From Spirogloea muscicola (lineage: Eukaryota): a stretch of 64,000 bases of DNA. Made by a program: the position numbers and the translations under genes. How positions within the stretch are numbered: position 1 is the first letter of the stretch; every line of letters starts with the position of its first letter. The DNA is taken from contig WELB01000014.1 of NCBI GenBank assembly GCA_009602725.1, positions 1,072,584 to 1,136,583 of the forward strand, in the 5' to 3' direction. The notes beneath the pieces were generated by a model. The model was not told the origin of the DNA. It saw nothing but the letters and a program-made list of their open reading frames with translations, and searched no databases. Below are positions 33,900-45,931 of this stretch, in pieces.

Positions 33900-36800
33900 A
33901 GCTGCAAGGCAGTCGCCGGGGGTCCATCGATCGCGCATGCTCGTTGAGCACTCGCGGGAGCTGTGTGGGGAGGACGACTCGGAGGATTTCGGTTTGCTGC
34001 TTCGGGTCGCGCAACATGTTGCGCGTGGACACCTCACCCGTCGTGTAGGCGCAGTCCTCCGCACAAGCAATCTCATTGCTTTGCAATCAGACTTGCATCT
34101 CCTGACCAGAGGTTCCTGAGCGTTCCCTGGCTGATGTCTTAGTCCTACTCCCACTCGCACTCCGGCTCCTTCAGACCTTGTCCATTCCTTTGGGCTGGCT
34201 TTTCCCAGCCACCAGTCAATTTGGCCGCGCTTTCTTTCTTTGCAGAAGGACAGCGGGGGAGTGCGTCCTATCTCGATGGGGAAGGTTTTGTCGCGCCTCG
34301 TGGGGCGCACCCTAATCATGCAGATCCAGGACGATGCCCAAGCGCACTTCCATCCCCACCAGTTTGGGGCTGGATGCGTGCTGGCGCTGAGACCCTGGTC
34401 CACGGGGTACGAGCGGCACTGGATGTCAACCCCCATTGGCTGGCCTTGAGCGTGGACGTACAGAACGCCTTCAACTCCGTGGATCGGCAGGTTATTACCG
34501 AGGAGCTAAGGCAGTACTTTCCCACCCTCCTCCCTCACTGCCGCTGCATGTATGGCTCGCCATCTGCATTGTTGTGGGGGGCAGGGACTTCTTTGGCTGT
34601 TCTGCAGTCAAAGACGGGGACACGCCAAGGTGATCCACTGGGTGATTTCCTCTTCGCTCTGGCGCATCACCCGTGCTTTGCGCAACACAGCGAGCGCTCA
34701 CCGTGGCGTTCTCCTCCCGAGCTATGCGCATGATACCATGCTCCTCGGCCCCCCCAGAGGAGGTGCTGCGAGCTTTCGGCACTCTTCAGCACCAGCTCCA
34801 ACTTATTGGGCTTGGGGTCAATCCGGCTGAGTGCTCTGCCTGGTCCCCCATTGGCATCCCTCTTTCCCTCTTCCCCTCGTTGCCGACATCTTGTCAGACT
34901 CCAGAGGGCTGCTTGAGGATCTTGGGAGTGCCACTAGGGGACCCGTCTTTCTCGGAGGGTGCTGTCCTTGCTCGTCTCCAAGGATACATGCAGGTCCTGC
35001 CAGAGCTCCCCAGCCTTGGGGACTCTCAGTTGGCAGTGGCCATTTTGACCAGGAGTGTGGCACAGCGGCCGTGCTACCTCCTGCGTACGGTCCCACCGTC
35101 GGTCAGCTTGGATGCTATCTATGCATCCATTGATGTCAAGCTTCAGCAATGCCTTGCTGATCTGATTGCTCACCCACTCCTAGAGCAGTCTCCAGCAGCA
35201 CTGGTGCAATATACGCTGCCCATACGCCACGTTGGGCTTGGTTGTCGCCCCTTGGTCCGCTTATGCAGACCAGCGTACCTTGGCTGCTGGGCTCGAGTGG
35301 CTTCGTCTATATCTGGACGATTCCTCCTTGAGCGACAACGTGTATTGGCGCCTCACATCAGTAACGTGATTCAGGGGAGTCTGCCTTTCCCAGTGACTCT
35401 CAAAGCATGCCAACAGGACCTCTTCGCCGCATACCGCCTCTGGTGAATGAGCCTGTTAGTTTTGCTGCCTGGGCTGACGTTTCTGATGTTAAGGCTCAAT
35501 CGCGGTTTTCCCGTGCTGCAGACGAGCAACCACTGGAGCATCTCCGGAGTCTCCTCCAAGGGGATGCTCGAGGCCAGGCTCGGCTCCTATCTGTTTCGTC
35601 TCTGGGAGCGTCTGAGTGGCTCCGCGCTTTGCCTTTGCATGCGGGCTTGCAGATGGAAAATGCTTTGCTTTGCGATGCTATGCGCCGCCGCCTTGGCTTA
35701 CCATCCCTGTGCTTGGCAGGGGTGACCCAATGTGAATGTGGGCTTATTGAGCATGATGCATTTCTCATAGATGACCACATGCTCAGGTGTGCCAGAGGAA
35801 GTGAGCGCACGGGCTCCCACAATCTCCTACGTGACGCCATGTATGGCATCGTCAAGGAGGCATGATATCAAGTGGCGTTGGAGAGCACCGGGGTGATGCC
35901 CGTCCAACTCCGCAACGGGGTCCCTCGGACGACGCGTGTCGATCTGGTTGGCGTCCCCCGGGAGGTGGCAAGCGGCTCCTCATGGACGTCGTCCTAACCG
36001 ACAGCTTCCGGACGAAGGGCCCCATTACTTCTGAGACCGGCTATGCCGTGAAGGTGGCCAAACCGAAGAAGTTTGAGCAAGTACAAGTACCACCCGGCGT
36101 GTGATTATTCAATGCCCTGGCCATGGACATCCATGGGTGTTACGGGGGTCGGTGGTCCTCGTCAACTTCTGCTGCTGGCCTCTCAAGCAGGTGCATTGGT
36201 GGAGGCGGGCTACGCAGTCGGCCAAGCTGTGGGCGAGAAGGAACGGAAGTACTCGGACCACCCGGTGGGCGACGAGTTCGTTCCATTGGCAGTGGACGTG
36301 CATGGAGCCTTTGGCTCCAAATGAAGAAGGTGCTCGCCCATTGAGAAGAGGGGCTGGCAAAGCCAACCCAAAAAGAATGGACAATGTTCAAAGCCAAAGA
36401 AAGAGGTGCTGAAAAAGGACTACACTACAAAGTGCAAGATGGTGCAGAGGGAGATGCAGATGGCTGCTCAGTATCCACGTGTGAGCAACAGCAGATCAGA
36501 GTAACTCGGAGCAGGAGAAGCGGCACTTTGCCGAGACCCGGAAGCAGCAGCCATAGCACGGCCAGCCCGCGCGTGGACAAATGGCTTGACTTGCTCCACC
36601 GCCTGGCGCGGCGTGCAGCGGCCCGCCGCCTCGGGCAGCAGGGCGAGCAGCCCGGCTTCAACATAGCCGGGTCCCTCGCTCAGGTTTCCCGTTTGCGTTT
36701 GGCTGTCTCGATGCAGCGGTCCCTCGCCTTCGCGGTTCACTTGCGCGCAGGCCGAGCTTTGGCGGCGGCCTCCGGCTTCCGTCGGGGCGACGTCTTTCCG

Positions 36801-37410
36801 CTAGCTAGCTTCTCGGACCTGCATCTCCTGTCTAGAGGTTACTGAGCGTTCCCTGGCTGATGTCTTAGTCCTAGTCGTTCGCACTCAGGCTCCCTCAGAC
36901 ATTGTCCATTCTTTTGGGCTGGCCTTTCCCAGCCACCAGTCAATCTGGCCGCGCTTCCTCTCGCAAGCTGTCCAGCGGCGCCACGAACAGAGTGCAGCCC
37001 TTCTTCATCTTAGCGCTTCCCCTGGCCCCCTTCTCGTACTCTGTTCATTCTTTTTCGGGCTGGTCGTTCCAACCCCTATTCTCAATGGGCGAGCACTTTC
37101 TTCTTCTTCTTCTTCCCGGTGGCTCTGTGCCTTTGGGTCTTGTTTCCTGCTACCGAATGCGTTCATCGATGTGCCTACAGCAGTCCCAGGCGATTGCTTT
37201 GCGTCGCCGGGCTGGCGCCCTTGCAGCAGCCTCTGGTTTGCGCAGCGGGGTTGCTCTTCCTCCCCTCAGCTCATCTGGCTTCCTGCTGCTGACACGGGGT
37301 ATTGAGGGCGCCCTGTCCGCCTAGCCTTTGGCTCCGTCATGAACACCTATATGCATCTGGCTTGCAGTTCACAGCCGATTCTTAAATATCAGCAGCCGCA
37401 TTCATTTCTC
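33900..37410 (+). mobile_element. Long degenerate CRE/Zepp-like non-LTR retrotransposon (family C: RT + CCHC + RLE) interrupted by nested insertions
   Basis: RT motifs SNLIALQ/KDSGGVRPISMG, HF.PHQFG, GAETLVH, SVDVQNAFNSVDR, GTRQGDPLG..LFALA, YAHD (degenerate YADD), LGVPLG, LPIRHVGLG, followed by knuckle and endonuclease. Several frameshifts. Nested inserts at about 34086-34237, 36190-36962 and 37008-37107. Confidence 0.92.
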
Positions 37411-37619
37411 CTTGGCTGCAGCTCCGTCGGAAGTGGCGAGTTTTTCCCCCGAGGCACCGAGGAGCTCGCGCTCGTGTGCGGCGCGGCGCATTTGGCGCCG
37501 CAGTCTCCGCCGTGCATACCGGCGGCGGCGGCGGAGGCGGCGGCGGCGGCGGCGGCGGTGGCCGGCGGCCACGGNNNNNNNNNNNNNNNNNNNNNNNNNN
37601 NNNNNNNGGCGGCGGAGGC

Positions 37620-38731
37620 ATGCTGCCGTGGTGGCGGCGCATCGTTGCCCTCCAGTGGCTCGAGGACTGCGGCGACGTTCAGCTCGCTGCCACCAAGCTG
37701 CTGTATGCGCAGGTACGCAGCTCCTTCCAGTAGCCCCCGTGAGTTCAGGGTTGGACTTTAGATCTATACCACAGCGGCGGCGGCGACGGCGACGGCGACG
37801 GCGACGGCGGTCGCGACAGAGGCGGTAATTAATTGCTGCACGCCGCCGCAGCTGGCGTGCGGCGCAGCTGCGAGCGCGGGCCCGTGGTACACGGGCGCAG
37901 CGGCGGCGGACCTCGCGGCGGCGCTCTTCGCGCTGGTGGCGCTGGAGAGCGGCAGCCAGGCGCTGGGCCGCACCTACGCCGCCCTGCTGCTGCCGGCGAC
38001 GCTCGTGCTCGATGCCGCTTGGCTCGCCACCTTCTCGCGCGCCGCCTGGTCAGCGCCGCCCGCCTCCGCTGGGGCCGCGTCATGTACGCTGTCCCAGCCA
38101 GCGCTAGGATGCCTTGCCAATGCAGCTATGGAACATGCAGTTGGCCAGCTTCGACGGAAAGGCCTGCGCTTCTTGGCACCTGACACCGTGTTGCGCCGTT
38201 GGTCTCAGGCACTCCCACTGCGGCGGTGGTGGCGACAGCTGGTTCGAGGTTCTGTCACTCAAGGTCCTGCTCCTGGCGCAGGCGGCCGGCGCGGCGCTGC
38301 GCCTCGCTTCGGCGCTCCTGTGGTGGCAGCTCTACCGCCTCGGAGCCTCGGCTGGTGCACCTTACGCGCTGCTGGACCTTGAGAATAGTGGCGCTTCTGG
38401 GCAGCTGTTCACGCCAGACCGCGGCGCCTCGTCCTCGCGGCGCCACTCCCTGAGCTCTGCTGCCGATGTGCTTGGTGGCTCCATCTACAACCCTGCCGCA
38501 TATGCCACGTCCCTCTTCGAGGCCAGCTACCAGCAATACAGTGAACGGCAGGTTGGTGCGAAATGCTGTGGCGATAATCATCCGACCTCCTCTGTGTGCA
38601 CTTTGGCGCTGCACCTTACTTATATAGCAGTCTCTCTGGCCTCGGTCTGCCTGCAGGATGGCGGCAAGGACAGTGATGAGTCTTCGGATGTTGTCAAAAA
38701 GCACGGCAGTGGCAAGGAGGCGCCTCCATAG
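37620..38731 (+). CDS. Conserved plant multi-pass membrane protein of unknown function, 4 exons
   Basis: LLYAQ|LACG...ALFALVALESGSQALGRTYAALL...LDAAW, LRLASALLWWQLYRLG and DVLGGSIYNPAAYATSLFE, motifs recalled from an uncharacterised land-plant TM family. GT-AG junctions are consistent. Confidence 0.78.
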
Positions 38732-39464
38732 GGTCAGCATGGTGTGCTGGCGAGGGAAGGACCAGAGCAATGAGCGACTGTAAGGCATTGGTGTCGTGCA
38801 AAACAGAGCTTCTTGGGTCAAGCCTTGCAACATGCGAGCGCCGGAGCTCTGTTTGGGCCAAGTGTACAGTTGTGAGTGGGCAGTGTGGTCTGAGGTGGAT
38901 ATTGGTCGGCAAATCCTGGGGCGTCTGAGAGAGCGAGGAGGACCCTCGATAAACGAGCTGCAGGGCCCAAGGCAGCACCAGTAGCAGGCCTCTCAGCGGC
39001 GGCGCAGAGGAGCACCCTCTCGGGGACCTAACAAGATGCACTGGGTTGCTTTTGTTGGAAAGGTCGGGGCCAGGGGGGGAATGGCCAGTCGCGCATGCAT
39101 GCATGCTGGCATTGGAAAGAAAGAATGTTTGGCCTGGCATAAACGCCAGGCCGAACACCAGTGACAGTAACCGTTCAAGATGGGCAACACGAAAGCGGAT
39201 TGTGCAAGGGAAAGAGTACGACCATCCAGACCCGGCGATTGCCAAAGACCAGCTTAAATACCACTAAGTTACTTTCATTGCGGCTCACCTGACAGGGAGA
39301 GGGCGCGCGGTGCGCATGACATGAAAAGGGTGGCCACTTGAGGCCAATACACTGTTCAAGCCGAAGCTAGTGCAGAAGGGCCTTCATAGACTAAAGCCCC
39401 AGCAGAGCTTTTGCTTACCGGACGGCAGGACAGTGCCACCTGCCCTGCGCCTCCGCGACGCGCC

Positions 39465-39524
39465 ATGGACGGCCCCCCGGGGGCGGCCTCCGCGAGATGG
39501 CACCCGCCGCCGGGCACGGCAGGC

Positions 39525-39557
<33 letters not shown>

Positions 39558-42500
39558 TTGCGCGTGAGCAACAGTCTCTGCAACGAGAAGGTGCCGTTCG
39601 TGGCGAGCTCTGGCGGCCGCCAAGGTAAGCTAGCTCCATCACGTCGCGGCCTGAGCGGGCAGACGACGCGCTCGCCGTAAGTCCCATTGCCGTGGACGCC
39701 GCGCGGCCGCGGCTTCGCGGAAGCTGAGAGATCAGCCTGCTGGCTCATGGTCTCGCTGACTCCCGGCGCTTCGCTGGCCAGTGACGTGGTACATCTGCGG
39801 TCCGACGGTCTACGACTCGTCTCACGTCGGCCACGCCCGGACGTACCTCGCCTTCGACATCATCCGCCGCATCCTGGAGGTCACGAGCCACGCCCCTCGT
39901 TCTAGCTTCTGTCTGTCCGTTCTCCAGTATGCGCATCTTTGGAATGTGCTCTGTCACAGCCACTCTTACTGGCTGTGAGCTGCCAGTAAGAGTGTCAACA
40001 CACTGCGCCTGAGCAGGCTGACTTAGCCAGGGGGCTTGCTAACGGCCTGAGGTAGAGCTGTTGGACTCCTTTGAAGTGTGCCTATTTGGTCTTACTAATC
40101 TAGAGGACAATGTACATGCATTGGAATTCTGTCCGGCTGCTCACAGCTGCTCACAGGTACCTGTACTTTGCATCTCTGAGCTCAGGACTATTTTGGCTAC
40201 CAGATTTTCTATGTGATGAATGTGACGGATGTGGATGACAAGATTATCCACAGGGCTCGCCGGAATCACCTTCTGAATGAATACTTGGGCAACAACATAG
40301 ACCCAAAGCAGGTGGCTTAGCTGTCTCAGGCTGTACTCTCCAGTTAAAATGCTGTAGAGCTTGACAGAAACAGCTTTCTCAGTGTGCCTTGTCAACTTGT
40401 AGGCAGCTGCAGGCATGTAAGAATTTGTACTTCTCGTCTATGTTGGCAGGTCCAGGTTGACGTGCAGCAGGCACTGAAGGCAGGGGTTGTGAAGCAGCAA
40501 GAGAAGGTACTCAGTTTGAGATGTCCTACAGACGGCCCTTAGTGTTGCGTACCCAAAGCTCCTCCATCAGCGTCCATGCAGGATGTGTGTTCATGCATCA
40601 TTGGTCTAGGTCCTGTCGTTCTTTCAGGGCATGTGGCTTGTCAAAGGTAGATGGTCCAAGTCATCATCAATAGCCATGAGCTCGCTGGAGCTTTTGCAAT
40701 GTGGGCATTGAGATAAATCTAGCTGCACTACGCCAGCAACTGCAGCAGCATCTTAGAATGATGTATTTCGTGGATTGCAGAATCTAATGTCACAATGTAG
40801 CTATCCTTCCCAGTTAACACTTCATCCTGTGACACTGCAGATTCGCAGAACGCAGGAGACAGCTGCTGCTGCTGCAGCCTCCCGCCAGAAGGAGGAGCTT
40901 GCTACAGTAAGATCTTTGCTACGATGAAGTAGTGCTGTTTGTCGCGATCTTATTGTGGGAGGGGATGCTCAATGTATTGCCCAAATTTTATCCAGCATTG
41001 GGGCCAGCTTGTAGAGCCTGTAATAGGCTACAAAGCCTTGGGCCTAGGAGGTTCATTGATCCACTGACTATTTTTACTCTTCACAGCAAGTTGCTCAGGA
41101 GGAGTTGAAGTTGCACCAGCTCCAGGAGAAAATAAGTGGACTTGAAGAGAAGCTGGCAGGTGCTCAAGATACGATGAGTGTGGCTGATCTCATCGCACTT
41201 GGAGGAGATAGCCTGTGTGGGGAGCTGGATGCTCAAGGAGGAGCCCAGGTCACAGATCATTCAATATATCGCAAGCACGCAGCCAGGTTTTGCAACCCAC
41301 CTATGTATCTTTTAAGGTGTGTTTGAGATGCTTTAAGTGCAGATGGTTGATAACATACCTTGCGGGTCGTCCGCTAAACGTGACATACTCATGCAGGTGT
41401 GAAGAGGAGTTTTTCAAGGACATGGCAGCTCTTGGTGTGCGACCTCCCGACGTGCTTACTCGTGTCACAGAGTAAGCTGCTGCATTGTGGCCCAATGTCA
41501 TAGCTGCGGCTGCTGAGGGCAACTGCGGGCAAAGAAAGAGGTCCAAGTGAGTGATCAGGTTAGGATTCAGCATAGAGGAGTTTAGGTCATAGTTGATTCA
41601 CGCCAAAGTCTGGTCTATTGCCAATCCTTCGTGGCTCCTCTTTGGTTTCAGCCTGTCCATCAGCTCACCTCGTTATCCTTTCAGTACACACTAGTTCTTG
41701 CAAACTGCAGTCACTGCATCACTCAGCACAACCCGCTTCATGGAATGGCCTTGTACTTCGACATGTAGCAAGTGGTTGACTCCTTACCTTGCCTGCAGGT
41801 ACATTGAGCCAATTATCAACTACGTGGCCAAGATAGTGGAGAGGGGTCTCGCCTATGAGTTGAGTCAAAGTGTTTATTTCGATACACAGGCCTTCAGGTG
41901 CTTCATCTGCTTCAAGCACGCTCAAGGAGGATTTGTAGTTGCAATGGAACAGTACTTACTGCCTCTCACCATCCATAGCATGAGTTTCTGGAAGAACCAG
42001 ATGCAACGCCCCTCCTTGGTGGGATCTCGCCAGTAACAAGACTCTCTTGCTGAAGGACTCAAATAAGCCAGAGAGTCACCTTGTGCAGCATAGTAAGTGA
42101 ACATGGGGTGCAACTGTTTTAATGTAGCTCACAATGCCGGCAGGAATGCAGGGCATGTGTATGGGAAGCTGTGCCCATGGGCAGTCGGCAGCGCCGCTTT
42201 AGCATCGGAGTCTGAGGCTGACTTCGAAACTACTGAAAAGCGCAGTCCCAATGATTTTGCTCTTTGGAAGGTATGGTTGCATGGCAGCAGGATGCAGAAG
42301 TTGCGTACTTGTCCAAGTATTACTTTGGGTTGGCAAGCTCAGAGCTTTGCATGCAGAGACACATAGGTACTACCGAGAGTGTGAGTATGACATGTTGTCA
42401 CCCACAAAGCAGCCTTGCAAGACAGCTGCAATCAGATTTGGAGAGGTGGTCCTCTCAGATGGTTGTTATCCAACTGCTATATATGATATGGCAGGCCAGC

Positions 42501-45500
42501 AAGCCAGGCGAGCCCTCGTGGGATTCACCCTGGGGCCGTGGGAGACCTGGTTGGCATATTGAATGCTCAGCCATGGCCAGCGATATCATCGGCCAGAGCA
42601 TGGACATCCACTCCGGAGGCATGTGAGTACTGATCAAATACAGTGCTGATGGAATTTCTTAATACATCGTCAAAGAGTTGCAAGGGGTAGTAACCCCAGA
42701 TCCTGAAGTTGGATGTGTCATGAATGGGACTGATTGAGCTGATGACTTGCTTGTTTTCGACAGTGCCTTTGAATCTGAGTGGGCAGTAGTGCCTCACATT
42801 GGTGATACTTTGCTTGTCCTCTTTGACAGGGATCTTAGATTCCCGCATCACGACAATGAGCTTGCTCAGGCAGAGGCCTTCTTTGACTGCAATCAGGTCT
42901 GCCATCAACATGTATCTCTAGTTTCTCGTCAACTGCGTCACCCTAGAGCTCATATCAGACATGTAAGCTCTAGTCTGGTGAATGCAGCTCTGATGTTGTT
43001 TTAGCATTTCCAACAGCTGATGTCTTCAATACTGGTACCCGTGAATTAGTTACTTTTGAATTGCAAATCTCGTACAGTCTCAAATTTGCCCTTGGTCATT
43101 CTGCAGTGGGTGAACTATTTCCTTCACACAGGCCACTTGCACATTGAGGGACTCAAAATGTCCAAGTCCTTGAAGAATTTTATCACCATACAACAGGTAC
43201 AAGGATGTGCACCGTTCTTCGGGCCCTTGTGTATTTTGTCTACCCGTCATTGCAACCTGCCTGGGAACTTGGTCATGCATTTAGATAGCCGCAGCTGATA
43301 ATAGGTCAAATACACAGGATTGGCAGAATGACTTATGCTAGACAATCAGCATCACTGTGCCGCTTTTGCCCCACTATTGCCAATGTGTTGACAGGCTCTT
43401 GAGAAGTATACAGCCAGGCAAATTCGGCTTTTATTTGTACTTCAATCTTGGGACATGGTAAGTAGCAAGGCAAAGAGATGCATAGTTCTGCCAGTCTTGC
43501 ATGTGGTCCTTGTATATCCACAAAAGCTGCGAAGCACAAGTACTAGTATCATCATGAGAAAGTACAGTTGATAATGCAGGGTGCTTACATATTTTGTCCA
43601 GCCTATGAACTTTGGGGAGTCCACAATAGCGGAGGCTTTGTCTAAAGAGAAGCAGCTGAAAAACTTCTTCCAGAATGTGGAGGTTGCCCTCAGAGAAGCG
43701 GTTGGCTGCTTCATTCAGCCCAATTGCTTCTGTATTATGATGTACCTACTCCCTATCATTCATGAAGCAGTCAATCATGAGGATGACAGCTATCATGGTT
43801 CTTGTTCAGCAGATTTTGCTTCTCATGCTAGATGCAAATGAACATTTGCCATCATGGATAATGGAGCACAACATCTTGCAACTTCATGCCAGGGTGAGGA
43901 AGGTGAGGAGCGCTGGGCAGCAGAGGAGAAGGAGCTCCATAATCACCTTCTGCTTAGCCAGGTCGAGGTAAGGGTTATGCTGCTTGTGGTGTCACAATGC
44001 ACTTCCGTACTTGCATTGAAGCAATTGCACGTAGCATATGGAACTTCCTTAGCGAACCAGAGCTCAGCACTTGTGGTAGCAACCTTCTTATAATCAGGAC
44101 GCATAATACCCAGGTACACAGGCGATTGGAGGATAATTTTGACACGTCAAGAGCCATGCTATCTCTCTCAGAGTTATGTACAGCAGTCAACATATATATC
44201 AGCCAGGTTTGTAGTGATTGACTGTTTCTCATATACACAACCCTAGAATGGTGAAAACAAGGAGAGCTCTCTTGCTGCTTGTCTTGCTCAATGCATTTTG
44301 ATAACTGTGCACAGATTGAGCAGAAGGTCAGGAACCCGGCATGTATGGAGGCCCCTTCAGGAGGTTATTGTGGTTGCAGGACTGATGGATTGGTGGCCTG
44401 TGGTGCAGAAGAGTGCAGTGAGGCAACGAGTCAGACCCCTTCTCTTGAGGAAGGCTGCCTCTCACATTAATCGCATACTGGCTGTGTTCGGTGAGTCCAA
44501 TCGTCCATCACAAAGGCCTGTGCCCCCCTATATAGCAGCCAAAGTCGTGGCATTGTACTGCTAGTACTGCAACCTTGACGGCTTGATACGCAAAAGTACT
44601 GGTGTATTGTGCCACCTTGTCAGTTTTTGTGGTCAGCTGATCAAGCTCCTTGACTGCCTGTTGTATTGATTTGTTCCTCAAACCTCTTTCACAGTCCTGG
44701 TATTTCGTCTGATGACAGGTTTGGTGGAGGCAACAGACGAGCTTGCTTTCAGCAGGGGGACAGGGGCTGGTGCTCCTGGAGGTGGTTCTTTGCTTGCTTC
44801 TCAAGTTGTAAGCACTTCACTTTTTCTGGCCTGTTGCGCTCAGGCTCCATATTTGACGGGAAGAAGGCTGCAGAAGGCTGCCAGGACTGTTAAGGATGGC
44901 AGCTCGTATGGAACCCTGCAAATGTAGCTGGCTAATGCGCGCTTGCGGATGCCAGGGCCCGTATTTAGATGCCTTCTTGGCCTTCCGAGATCAAGTACGG
45001 GCTGCAGCAAAAGAAGGTGCTTCGAAGGTGTGGGCTTTCAAGCACCTTGCTCGTGCATGGATAGTTTTGACTTCTCTGCATTCTGAACATGAAAGACGGA
45101 CGTCATACAAACTGTACTGCAGTCCATGACGTGACGGTCTACTCAACTTGCCCTTACTTCTTTCCAGGAAACAATGTTGGGACTGACTGATAAGGTGAGG
45201 GACTACACACTTGTGGACCTGGGAGTGAGGCTGGAGGACCGGACAAATGCACCTTCCATCTGGAAATTGGACAATGCAGATATGCTGCGACAGGAGCGGG
45301 ATGAGAAGCAGCGGCTGATATCCAACGAGGCCCTCAAAAAGTTGGAGAATAAGCGCAGTGTCAAGGTCCAGGCGCACTCCTTATACACACTCTGGTCACA
45401 GGTTGCAATAGCTTATGCGTAGCCTACAAAGTTGGGGCTTGCCAAGTTTGTTGTGTCGTGGAGGTGCAAGGAATTTGACGTTTTGAGAATGCCATGCCAT

Positions 45501-45931
45501 GGCTCAAATCCAGGTGAAGGAGCTGGAGAAGTGGGAAGCAGCTGCGCTTCCGCCTGGCGACTTCTTTCTTCGGGACAAGGATAAGTTCTCCACCTTTGAC
45601 TCAAGCGGCATTCCCACACACGACAGCGCCGGCAAGGACCTCTCTGGGAAAGCTCGCAAGGTTTCAATCAACAGCCCAACAGGCTTCCAGAACCCATCCA
45701 TGTGCCACCAAGGGCTATTCTACTTGCTTACGAATTCACTGTGATAGAATTGGCACTTATTTGGTGTCTTAATGACAACTATGAGTGCAGGCGGCTGAGA
45801 AGGATGCAAAGAAAGCTCAAGATGGCCACGACAAGTTCCTGCAGAAGCAGGCAACTGAGCCCGGTTTTCTGGAGACACTCAGAGCAGAAGTCCAGATATT
45901 GACGGATGAAATCACCAGACTAAGTTCTTAA
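39465..45931 (+). CDS. CARS: Cysteinyl-tRNA synthetase, eukaryotic cytosolic type
   Basis: [18 protein letters not shown] (HIGH), [80 protein letters not shown] (KMSKS), [15 protein letters not shown]. The first 14 exons checked all join in frame; TAA at 45929-45931. Confidence 0.95.

Noticed and set aside
33900..37410. Active retrotransposon, Penelope-like or LTR element
   Set aside because: Frameshifts, YAHD instead of YADD and nested inserts make it inactive. No GIY-YIG, integrase or LTRs are present, and the motifs fit RLE non-LTR elements.
37339..37973. Poly-Ala/Pro/Arg/Gly ORFs at GC-rich gene starts (also near 22604-23350 and 60773-61579)
   Set aside because: By-products of (GGC)n tracts and stop-poor GC-rich DNA, overlapping real genes or promoters.
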